From Sphagnum compactum (Eukaryota), in assembly GCA_965153455.1 (NCBI GenBank), contig OZ234493.1, positions 16,792,213 through 16,856,212 of the forward strand: 64,000 nucleotides of DNA, in the 5' to 3' direction. The notes under the pieces are model-generated. The model did no database searches. It was not told where the DNA came from and saw only the letters and a list, made by a program, of their open reading frames with translations. Of this stretch, positions 45,340-56,963 are shown piece by piece. Every line of letters starts with the position of its first letter. The stretch's first letter is position 1. A program made the translations under genes and the position numbers.

Positions 45340-47724
45340 AATTGGAACCAAAATTTTGTTCATAATCATTATTGAGGATTTACCTTGATTATATTTGTGG
45401 TTTGTTTCCCTTCATTCATACCCATCCCAATTTTTTTCATTATGCACACAAAACAAATAAATATCAAACATTGTATTAAAAGATTATGAACACATTGCAA
45501 TAATATTTAGAGAGTTGAAGGTTACTTAAATATTTTTCATCTTTATAATCCAAAATAATATTAATAGAAAATGCCATTTTTTAACTGATTTTTTTAAGCT
45601 ACATATCATTTTCAATTATGTTGTAACTTTTTTTTAATATTTAAACAAATTAGTGATGATTACCAAATAAATCAATCCCTCTACTAATTTGGTGAACAAT
45701 TGAAAATGACCCTCAACTAAGGGCCACTTCCAAAATATTTTTGGCACCAATAAACTTCTTAGTTGATTTGTAATTGAAAGGTCTTGGACCTTTTGACTAA
45801 ATATGTGACATCATCAAGTGTCATGCAACAATTTTTATCATAATGTTGATGCAAATAAAATATGAGGAAAGCCATGTTAGTTGACCTTATCTTTAATAGG
45901 TCATTATTGGAGAAAACCAAACATGGAAAGAAACAATTGATCAATTGATGAAAAAAATGGATTGATTTTGAAAAAATTAATAAATCAATTGAATGAAAAT
46001 ATTGAATGCATGCACCTTGAATTTAATTTCAAGTCAATTCAATTCAATGTAGATTCAATGAATTAGATTCAAATTCCCAAATTGAATTGAATTCCAATTC
46101 AACTAAATTCAATTCAACCATTGAATTAAAATTGAATTGAAATGAAATGGATGCAAATTGGTGGAGAAGATATGGAAAATGGTGTTGGAAAAAAAAAAAC
46201 TTTAAATAAACACATATTTAAAAAGACACCTTTCCATGCCTCTTTACTAAATGGAATGGGCAAAAACACTATGGAGCCTTATAGTCATCCTACCTAAACC
46301 AACTCCAATAAACCATGATTACTAGAATTAGTTGATTTACTATTTAAGATTGGTGCAATGTGTTAATGTTAAAGACATTTGCCATAATTAAGTGTAATAC
46401 TGAAAAAAACTCCACTAATGGTAATATGATGGCACATAAAATTATAATTTGGATGAAGTTTCAACAATAAATAGTGTGAAACTAAGTTTGGACTAATAAA
46501 TATGCATAGGAGCCCACATATTGGGGGTGTGGGGATTTCATAATATATAAATGATTGAAGTTGAATTAAGAGCCATGTAATAGGAATGACAATCTCTACC
46601 TAAATTTATCTATGATAAACATGTGCTAATCTTGAATCACAAATTGCTTGAAACAATTGTTATTGACCACATTCTCCAACACGTTGCAAGATAGAATGTG
46701 AGCATCTACCATGCATTCAATCATTACCCATTCACCTTTAATTCCAAAAGATCTTGTCACTAGAATTTTTTTTTCAAACATGTAGAAGGTAGGTCTACCA
46801 ATAACCATGTACATGCCAATCTCATCTAGTAGGGTCAACCACTTTTGACCTAAAGTATATTTTTAAATTCTTGACCAATGGATGAATTTTGAATATGTGA
46901 TATCAAAATTAGACATTGAAGATATTGAATATATGTAGATAGGTGTGGGTTTTACCACATCAAATGGTGGTTTTTAACTCAATGATTAACACTAATTAAT
47001 GTCAATAATGACACTTCTGACTCAATCACTGTTTGATAATATATCATTCATAAAAACGCCTTGGAATTTGGCATCAGTTGCAGTGAGATGTATTGAATGT
47101 TGTTTAACACAATATGCACAATGTATAATGACTAAATGGTTGAAACGAATATTCACATTTCTGGGGTTTTCAACTTAAATCATCATTAATCAATTGTAAT
47201 GAATTTATTTTTACAAAAATGGACAAATTTGTGATTGTTCAAGTGGTGTTGAATTGTTATATGACTTTTATCAATCCATTTCAATTTATTGTCATGTCAC
47301 ATACAATGAGCAGCTCTTGAGGAGGGCAAAAGGACTGCATAAGAGTCAGGAATTACCCCAGTACAAACAATTCTAATTCTGATGAGTCTTCAGGTCTGAG
47401 CAAGTTCGTTGAGTAGGCACTGAACCTTCTGCCAGTAATATCTCTTACTATTGGGTTGCATTTGTATGATAGAGTCTTGGCGACTGGTCTCAGCCTGTCT
47501 CATTACCTCCAGTGCACCATTATGAACAGACCAGTGAAGAGACACAAGGAACAGTGGACTTCTAGCTTGATGACTCATGAAGGTACTGACAAGCCCTATC
47601 TACAGCCATGAAGAATCTCACAAAAAATGAAGTTACAAGTACATTTGTAGCACATGACTGGCATCGGTGCTCACAAAAATAACCCTTTGATCATTGATCA
47701 CATGGCCATCACTGCCTGCCTAGT

Positions 47725-49923
47725 TTACTGCACTAAGTTGATTCTTTTATCTTTAATGGGCAAGGGTTCAGGAGTCTGAGCTACACAGGGATGGTTCTCA
47801 CCCTTGTACACTTTCAGATGCGTGAATAGCTGGCTTCCTAGCTGTTACCCACAATCACCCAGCCATCCTGCCATATTAGTGCAAATGGCAAAAGCATGGC
47901 ACCATGGTGTAGACTGTGTATTTGCTGGCTATTCTTCAAATTATATGCTGGAAGGTCATCCAGCACATAATGGTTCAGGTTGAAAACTTCTTGCTACCTA
48001 CAATTTTCTTTGAGCTTTAAGCATATAAATCAGCCTCTTCCTGGATTATACCTATGTCCTGCAGAGATTCCTATGTTCTTCATCACTTTAACATTGTCAA
48101 CTTATCCACGAAACTTTAATGTCATTAGTTCCATGTCATTGGTCTACCATTTCACTGTCCTCCTGCAGAGAATCTGTTTCATCACAAGGATCCCTTTAGC
48201 TTCAAACAAGAGATGGGAGTGCAGAAACCTAACAACTATTTGGACATAGGGAGAGGAACAACAATCAGGGGCCATAGAACAGGATACAGTGGAGGTCACT
48301 CTATCCTCTGGGCAGCTCACTCCAGATGTGGACTTACCCTTGATAGAAAATGGTGACTACTTGCACTCCAACTTCCCTCAAAAGCATCACCTTGTCGTGG
48401 TTAATTTACCCAGAAATTTCACTTGAGCAAACCTCCACATTAGGTTCAGCTTCAAGACTTGCACATGTCTCACATAAAGCTGCAGAGACAGGGTTTGGTG
48501 CATTTGAAAAGGATCTCCCTTCCAATGCAGTCACCTGGTCACCGTGTGACACAGCAAACACTTTGAATTGAGATCCTTCAATCTTTTCTGCATCTGTTTA
48601 GTCATCAGCAGCAATTGAGTGGCTTGCACTAGGTTTAGATCTTAAGGTAAATAATAGATGTGTGCACTTCCACATATATCAACCTGCTGATGCATATCCA
48701 TGCATGCACAGTGAGAAAGAGAGAGAGAGATGCCCACCTGGCCTTTTGGTAACATGCCTCGCACTGCAAGCTCAATAATTCATCCAGGAATTTGGCGCTG
48801 CAAAGAATCAAAAGTCTCCTCAGTCATCTCCCAAGGCCTGCCAGAGTGCCACCTGTAGAGCTTCTGTGACCTTTTCTTGCTTGTAACTGCCACTTTCTCA
48901 GCATTCACCTGCATGATCGATCTTCACACATTGCCAAAGTAAAAAACAACCATGCTCAAAACAAGTGCCATTTCATCAAGGTCAGAATTTTCACAGGGAA
49001 ACAATATGCATCAGAATGTGTTCAAGACACATCATATACTTATTCATTTGCAGTGCCCTTTGCTTAGTTTGGAAAGCTTTGGCCAAAATCTGTTAGCAAT
49101 GCTAATGTCCACAGCTGCGGTTGTAGAAAAGAAACCAGAGTGCTGGAGTCATGGTGACAGAATATAGAAACATACAATGATAACACAGGCTCCCATGTCA
49201 GTGGAGGGAGTGTAGGAGAGCAAGTGTTTGCCTCGGATGTGGATAGCCACTGTTGACGCCAGGCGGCCAAGACACTTGTCAGAAGCATCCAACATGTACC
49301 ACTGCTTCTTCGCATTCTCATGGTCTGCAGCTTTCGGGTAATAGGTTCTGTTCCACACATCGTACCACAACCACCACCGTCGTCAGGACATCCAACTCCC
49401 CGCATTCAATAACTTGGCACGGGGAAAAGAACCACAAAACAAGAGCGAGAGAGCGAGACACACAACAGAGAAAGAGACACACACAACAGAGAAAGAGACA
49501 TAGAGATAGGAGAAAACAAAGAATTCCGAAAACGGGCAATACACGAAAGGGGAGTCGAGACTCGATGTCCCGCGACAACTGCTGGCAATGCGCCGAGGGT
49601 GCAAAAACAACAAACAAAACAAAACAAATCAAAACACACAAACGGGAGAAGAATAGAATTCTTGTTACATCTCCTTTGTTCTCGATGCCCTTGTGCATCC
49701 AGCGATGCTCAGCGGGGATAAAGCCACCATTGGAACGCACAGCAAAAGCAAGAGGAGGAAGCACAGCCACCTTCCGCTCCACACGGACCAGCCCCGATAC
49801 TTGACCAAAAGAAGAAGAAGAACTGAACGAAACGCCTACAGCTGCTACTCTTCCTGATGCTGCTGCTGCGGGGGGTAACGACAAGGAAAACGATGCAAAA
49901 TCAGGAGCCAAACATGCCGCCAT
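47725..49923 (-). pseudogene. RPL13: Nuclear-encoded plastid 50S ribosomal protein L13 (uL13c) pseudogene, 4 exons
   Basis: Exons 49923-49669 (transit peptide), 49361-49176 (WYMLDASDKCLGRLAS..YTPSTDMG), 48908-48738 ([28 protein letters not shown]) and 47841-47725 (LKVYKGENHPCVAQ). In-frame TGA at 48780-48782. The intron 1 acceptor reads AC instead of AG (49362-49363). Several conserved residues are substituted. Confidence 0.9.
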
Positions 49924-50302
49924 GGCTGCTGCAATTGCTCCTCGACACGCGCGCGGGCGCGCACACACATACGAGATGGCGTTGCCGCAGCAGGAGTTAA
50001 GCGTCGAGTAAAGACGACAACTCGACGATGCCTGTCCCGACCCACATCCTGTGAACCCTAAAGTGCTTCGGCGTGTTGCAGTGCGTCGCCTGCGGGTGGC
50101 GCTCGCTGAGGAGGTGCAAGTTTTTGCAGGAGAAAAGCGCGCACGATAGTTGTAGCAGTGGTCTCTGATCGCGTGAGAGCGTAGAGGTTTCCAAGGAGTT
50201 TGTTTGCCGCGTGTACTCGGGTCGCCATTGCGCCATGTTCGACAGTTGTTTTCTGGACTATCTGCTGATGCGAGACAGTGAGAGAGAGACACACACGCAG
50301 TG
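49924..50302. promoter_or_regulatory. Putative bidirectional promoter and 5' UTRs
   Basis: GC/CpG-rich 379-bp spacer between two divergent ATGs, with a telo-box-like gaaccctaaa near 50053 and GA/CA repeats before 50303. Confidence 0.6.
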
Positions 50303-52451
50303 ATGATGATGAGAGGAGGCGGGCCACTGAGATTGACCGTGGCCACAGCAGGTGCAGCGGTACGTGCAGGGATTAAGACGCTGTCCATGGTTTCATCTGC
50401 TGCTATAAACGGCATTCAGACGCTGCTTGAAGACAACCAGGTACGAGTCTTCTCTCTCGAGGGAATCTCTTCCCGGGGTGGGTCAGGGGGTTTTAGGATT
50501 TAAGGTGTGACCGATTCTGTAGTTTCAACGTCTCCTTCATTCTCCAAGCTACAAATTGTTTGAGCTAACAAAGATTTTTTGTAAAGTTGTAGTTGGTTTT
50601 TTTGTTGAAGATTTCTTTTTTGTATTCATGAACCACGATTGCTTGCTGTGTTTGTCACGTTACATTTGTTGAAAAGAATGCCATCTTTGGTAGTCAAATT
50701 CAATGCTTTCTGGCAGACCTATTCTGGCAGAATAGGTATTGAGTCATGAAGGCAGGGAAGCGGACCAAAGGATATTGTCACAGGGTTCATAACTTCATGA
50801 TGCTTGTGTGTTGTGGACATTGCAGAAGAAGATTGCAGCACCCCTGGGCAAAATCTGCAAATATCAAAGCTTTGCTACTGAATGCAGACTATGCAAACTA
50901 GGCGAATCAACAATTGAGTGGATGCCTTCGCTGTTGTTTGATCCTGTGGTCATGAAGCCACCCTCCCTGTATGTGCTCCACTTGTGAAACCCTAAACCCT
51001 AAACCCTAAACCTAAACAAAACTGTCGCATTTTCAGAATTGCCAAATTCAAATATGACTGCTTTATGAAACTCTTTGTATTCACATCATCTTGTTAGCAC
51101 ATCTCCAACTTGCTGCAATCAGTTTTGGTGGTTTGTTTCAAGAAATTGAGTTATAGCCAACATCATGATTGAGTCTTTCCTGCCACTACTGGGAATGTGG
51201 CAGAAACTCAGGATGCAGATTTTTGTATAAAACTTTGCCTGGAGTTTTTGGTGGATTATCATCTTCTTATCTATATCCTCTGTTGTGAGCTGATGAAGTC
51301 ACTCATTGCAGCTTGTCACTGCTATTCTGGATGAAGGTGATGGTCTGAGACTTTGTGACTGACTCTCATAAGGTCATGGCTGCACTCATGGTCTGTCATT
51401 TTTAGTTCAAATTGTTGTGGCAGAGATTTCTCTGCCATTTTCTAGATGAGTGTTTCAAGAAATTGTTCTCTAAGGTAACCTGATTGCACTTACAGGCATT
51501 TGTGGAATGGGAAAAGATATGTCTTGGTCTGTCAAGTTGATGTGTTCTGCAACTATGGAAGCATTTTGAGGTCTGACCCTGTTGATTGGAATTTACATGA
51601 TCAGGGCAGGTCCAGTGAAGTGTGCATCAACATGGGCTCGTGCCTCCAAAGCAGTTCCTCCACCACGGGAGCCTTACCAAAATCTGAGGGAGGAGGAGAT
51701 GAATAATCATACTACTAGAATTGGTGGCACACAGGGGATTGTCAAGATGCAAGAGGAAGCTTTTGATACACATGAGGATAAAGCTGAAGAGTTTGGAGAT
51801 GAAGAAGAAGAAGAGTTCGGAGAAGAAGAAGCTGCAGATTTCAAGGAGTTTGAAGATTTTCAAGAAGAAGATTCTGATTCAGAAGATTCAGAAGACTCTG
51901 ATGATGATGAAAGGCTTGAAGCCTTTGGAAGGCCAAGTGGCTTGACAGTTCCATCACCTTCCCGACAAGAAGCCACAATCCAGATTGAAGCTCCTGTTGC
52001 TGAAATCTATGAAATTCTTGAGTCAAGGGGCTTTATCACCAAGAGGAAGAAGCGACCCACGCCAAATGATTCTGTGTTAGGCCACGAAGATCATCACATT
52101 GTAGCATGGTATCACAAGGTGAGTATAGGACTTCTGGAATTTTATGCATGGTGTGACAACTATCAGAAAGTGAAGGCTATTGTGAACTACCACTTACGGT
52201 GGTCACTCATCCATACACTTTCCAAGAAGCACAAGTCAAGCTCAAGCCAGATAATTAAGCAGTATGGGAAGAACTTGGTTGTAACCCATGATGGTAAGCG
52301 GTTGGCAGGCTTTCTTAGTATAGCAGAGATCAAAGCATTTGGGAAGAAATCTGTTACTAATAGTCCAATCCGTCCTGAGCTACTGATAGATCTCCTGTTT
52401 ACAAAAATGAGAAGGGACAGATTGCCAAAGGGTGCAAAGTTGAGGAATTAG
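50303..52451 (+). CDS. Putative organelle-targeted stand-alone group II intron maturase domain X protein (MatR-like X, no RT), 3 exons, ~375 aa
   Basis: Exons 50303-50440, 50826-50968 and 51605-52451 join in frame through GT-AG introns, with a CTGAC branch-like motif near 51573. The N-terminus is Arg/Ala-rich and presequence-like, followed by an acidic tract. The segment IEAP..I...L..RGFI..P..D..IV.W..GLLEFY..CDN..VK.IVNYHLRWSLIHTL.KKHKSS..II.QYGK matches maturase domain X. Exons 1-2 are less certain than exon 3. Confidence 0.8.
50987..51016. repeat. Short telomere-like (AAACCCT)n tract in intron 2 of the domain X gene
   Basis: gaaaccctaaaccctaaaccctaaacctaa. Confidence 0.8.
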
Positions 52452-52879
52452 TGTTGTGGCGATGCCACCAAGTTCAGTCTTTTTTGATAAATTTGATAGC
52501 TACCTATGTATCACCAAGACACAGTATGTTTTACAAGTCATGAGGTGCAAGTTGGGCAATGAGTTTTTGCAGGAAGAATGCATTTAAGCTTGGGCGCATC
52601 TGTCAACAGGACTCAGTTACAGATTTCTACATGTACTTTCACTGAAGGGAACTTTGTTGATGCAAATCTGGACTTGGGAAGAACACCTCATGGAGAAACA
52701 ATATCTTTGGAGCCTCCAAGAGTGTGCAATTTGAGTGTATAATTTCTCATATGTTTTCAAGAGATTTTGGCACCCAAAATTATAAGTAGCAAGTTTAGTT
52801 AAGTAGCTTTGAGGGTCTCTGATAGCAGAAAGCATCACCTGCTTCCATGCCAACAACATTTTGGGGTGTTGGGCACAGT

Positions 52880-54708
52880 CAACTGTATGGACTAGTGTTC
52901 AACCAATGAGGAAGTTGGCATCAAGCTGGTATGTAGACTTTGCTCCTTGTGTGTTGAAGTAATTGGAAATTGTCACGAGATTTGTCCCAGCTTTCATTTG
53001 AATCACCTCCCAAAATGGGAAGCTTTCATGAATGGCTGGTTGTTAATTGATTGCATTCTCATGGAAGTATCACTTTGTAAGGCGAGTGGCATTGTGATGG
53101 CTGATAATGTGTTTCTTTGAAAGCGAATCCCCTACTGTGCAGGAGAGTGTCAAGACTAGGCATCTGCAGTTGCTATTTGAATTGAAGCTGTAGCATTGTT
53201 CAGGGAGGGAAGTAAGGAGTCACTGAATCTGTGCTTACCTGATTGTGCCCCTTTTTGGCTGCACCACTGGATTCCTGGAACATGACTAGTTTTCTTTGTG
53301 CAGCTGGGATTGCAAATATCAGATGGTTTCACATTGAGGGATTACAATGTTCTGATGCTTGATTTATTGCAACTGAGTCTCAAACATCTCTTCAACATCT
53401 GCAGCCAGAAGCTCTCCTTGAAGACTGTCCTAATGCTTGCAGACCAGCTAGGTTTGTACCAAAAACTTCTACATAGACTGCCTCTCTGACCTGCTTCTAG
53501 ATGCTATTGTATGAATACATCAATTGTCAACACCCTGTGAAATTTCGAGACAATTTGGCTCTTGGGCCTTGCACTATGTTGGCAACTCCTGGGGTATCTA
53601 TCCAGTCATGGCTCCCATGATGTTAAGATTCTATTTATTCAGCTCTTTTGACTTGTGCTGAGGGTTCACACTGTTGGTGAATTGGAAGTGGCCAGTGTTA
53701 CATTAGGATCAGAAATATGGTGATAAGAGTTGCACACCAGTTGGATTTCAACTCATGCCGCTCATCACAGTATATGTTTCTGTAGGAATTTGTTTGTTTG
53801 TTAGATTTTTCATTTCTTTTGAGGAGATTTTAGGTAGTGATAAGGGCAGTAGTCACCTTCTTACAAAATTTGGGCCCAATTGGCTAACAGTAGGTTGTGG
53901 TTCTGTGCAAACATTGATCCACTTAAATTGCAAGGCTCCATAAGGTCAAAAATTTGACTGAGGCCTTGGTTAGGTTCCTGACTAAGTGCCACTATATCCC
54001 TTTCAGGCAGCAGGTTGTTTTGTGGAGTGCAAGGCATGGCCACTGCTTGGCTGGAATGACCATTTTCTGGTTGCTCTAGCTCCTAAGGTTTAGGATGTGT
54101 GCATGTGTCGCTATGCATGCCTCCAAGCTTATCACTCTTATCACTGGATAAGGAGTAATTTGGAACTTTATGATTCATAAAATCTGGGTTGCTGATTGTT
54201 AGATTAATGAACTGGATTTACATCTTGTCCCCTACATTTCAGTCCTTTGACAAGACCTTCATGTGAGTTTTGCTTGGAACCTAGCATGAATACCAAAGTC
54301 CACAAACTATTGTGTTGTGGGAAACGAGAGCTCATGTTTATTGCTTTAGATTGACCTAGATCTGTGTTGCAGATCCAACAGAGTGGAATATTGTGCATGC
54401 AAAGAGCTTTCTTCATACTGGACAACTTCCTCAAGAGTCTTGGAAGACGAGCTAACCAGGTGTGAGAACAACTACCTTGATCCATCATGATTGGGTTAGC
54501 AAGAACCTTTTAGTGGATAGAGATTTATTGATATTTTCAATGTGGTGCCAACATCAAAACCTTCAAATCAGGGATCATTGAATGCTGCAGCCTGCTATGC
54601 GCCATTCCTTTGAAGAATTATCATATTTCTGCAGGTCTACATCATTTGACTTTGGTGTTTCCAAAAAGTATTGTGGTCCCACTACACACCAGCACATAAT
54701 GTGTACAG
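52880..54708 (+). pseudogene. CK1: Casein kinase 1 pseudogene, partial, with introns
   Basis: Exon remnants: TNEEVGIKL (~52904), ESVKTRHLQLLFELKL* (~53143), [41 protein letters not shown] (~53304), NRVEY/VHAKSFLH/DNFL..LGRRANQ with RDIKP deleted (~54372) and VYII/DFG.SKKY (~54635). Multiple frameshifts and stops. Confidence 0.88.
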
Positions 54709-56963
54709 GTAGTCTTTTAGGTCATGTCCTTTGGGCCCTACACGATCAGTGTACTGACTATTTACAATGATCCTTTTGAATATCACTTGCCTGTTCTTGT
54801 AATGCACTACAAGACATGTACCTCAGCAATGTGCGTGTGGCTTCAGCTGAGCCAAAGCGTGTTTCTAATCACCATCTGCTGCCTAACTTGAGGCATTAGG
54901 AAGCCACCCTGAAGGGCGTTGAATGATGGAGTATCTTCCTGCAATACTTAGATGATTTCAGTTTTCTTCCCAAGTAGCTTGGAAATTTTTTCATCTTTAG
55001 GTCAAGAGTTCTCTAATTATAGAGATTATGAGCTTGATCTTTCACCTAAAATTCTTGGGGTGGTTCAAGATCCGTATTTGTGAGTTGAAAATGCGGGGTT
55101 GTTTGGAGTCTCTAAATCCTGTTTAGATCACTTAAGAAATGCAGAAAGAACCAAGGACTTTACATTTCTATTGCCTGGTCAGGATAACAAGTATTTCACA
55201 TCTGTTGTATGAGAGAGGCATGTGGCATCAGTCTTGCAGGTGATCATCTTTCCTCTTTCAAAACCTTGTTACCTGCACATCCAAAGCCTGCATGTTGGCT
55301 AAAAGACAGACATAAGCATACTTAAGGCACATACTGAAGGATAAAGTTTTGGAGTTCTGAGATTGCTTCCTCTGAGCAAAATACATCCTGCACCAACACC
55401 ACAATCCTGTCTTAGATGCAGAATTTGCAACCTCAGCTGAAATTCTCAACTAGAATACTTGAGTTGCCAGGACTTGTAGCCATTGAAAGTGTAAGATAGG
55501 TTTAGAATCTCCTGAGCCTTAATGTTGTCAGGTAGACCAGATAGAAACATCTCTGCCAACACTCACCGCAGGAAGAGAAAAATGAGGCAACCATTTTGTG
55601 AAACATGCACCAGTGCTGGAAATCCTACATCTCTCCCTATAACAGACTTGTGTGCACAATTACGTGTTCACTATTACCACCCCATAGCTGTAGGTTTCTT
55701 GTAATTGTGCAACTTTTGTTCTTCTTGGCCCTCCACTTCCCTGTCACCAGTTGCAATTTGTGCTACAAGGTGAGCAATGTGTCACAAATATATGCTTGCA
55801 GAGAAAATGGTTCCTTGCAACACCAGACTCTGAAGAACATGCAAAAATGAATTCTGATGAGTTCCTGTGCTCAAGAACAAAACCGCATCAACCAAACTAT
55901 TTCCAAATGAACTCCTTGTTTGCATGAGCTTAAAACATACCCAAGTTCTCAGATGAGGAATGAGCTACCTAGAATCTACTCCTATTCCTTCTGGTTCATC
56001 CTTGAATTTGACACCATCAGCTTGCACATGGTTAGAATTAGCACACCTTGTAGAAATCAGTTACCACCAATTCGAACTGCCAGGCCATCCATGCATACAA
56101 ACAGTCGGAGTAGGCCTTGCATTTTACTTGCTCTCTCATCTCGCAGCCATCCAGAAGCTGATGCATTGGGGCAAATTCAAACATAGCACTGCTGCTCATT
56201 TTGGAGGCAGCTAATGCCCATGTAGAGCAGAATTCCAACTCTTATGTTTTCAGATTCTACATGCTGTGGATAGGAGCAGGAGAAGAGGATTCAAAGAGAC
56301 AACAAATGTCTGGATGGATTTGGAGTGAGACCCATTCATCTGAGGACAGTTGGTGGTTGGGGGGGCGAAATTATGTGGAGATATGTTTGCAGTGGTGATG
56401 TTGTGCTGAAGAGTGGTAATTCACAAAAGATAGAAAGATTTTAGGGGGGAGTCTGCGAGAGGGAGGATGTTGTTTGCAGGTGTGTGCACAGGCCAACGAC
56501 ACTAATGTCTTTCTCTATGTGTCTTCACTGGGAGCATCAGGATTGTAGACATGAGCTGTAGAATATGGACTCTCGATAGATGTGAGTGAAGGAGCAAGAA
56601 GAGGAATTATGCCTGGTCTGCAATGGACGTTCCACTCAGGGACATGGCAGAGGTGTCCAACTTTTGCAGAATTCACAAACTCACTGACAGGAGGTCAATA
56701 AAGGAGTTGTTTGCGTACTGTATTTTTATCATGCTCTCCGGATTGGTGCAGAGAATAGGGTTATGTATGTATGTACCTATTCATGCGACTTCTTTGCAAG
56801 CAAAACTATCGATTGTTTCGTCTCATTGGGAGCCCTGTAGCGAGCTGCGTTTTGATCCAGTCTGCTGAAGCTCTTTTTTGGTTGCGATACTGCTGATGTT
56901 AGTGGGGTGCAGCGGAGGATTCCAACTCCATTAATTCGTTTGCTAAGTCGATTTTTTGTGGTC

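Noticed and set aside
49362-49668. Possible U12 AT-AC intron in RPL13, because the acceptor reads AC
   Set aside because: The donor is GTAACA with no ATATCCT or U12 branch motif, and the gene also has a premature stop. A mutated AG is the simpler explanation.
49318-50415. 365-aa ORF on the minus strand
   Set aside because: It runs antisense through exon 1 of the domain X gene, the GC-rich promoter, RPL13 exon 1 and an intron. Only 49923-49669 is real coding sequence.
50987-51016. Telomere end or telomerase RNA template (also 10566-10590)
   Set aside because: Only 3-4 units, lying within an intron or a TE. No Pol III-type promoter architecture was recognised, and such short tracts are common in plant genomes.
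51500-51706. Alternative exon 3 starting at the acceptor at 51495
   Set aside because: All three frames reach a stop before domain X. The acceptor at 51604 gives the continuous ORF.
55855-55895. Hammerhead ribozyme-like core CTGATGA-GTTC..GAAC-AAAA
   Set aside because: It lacks the invariant GAAA, and no stem I or stem III pairing could be found.
55500-56600. Coding-like stretch with several short overlapping ORFs
   Set aside because: No recognisable motif or consistent exon chain. It may be a decayed gene, but I cannot support a call.
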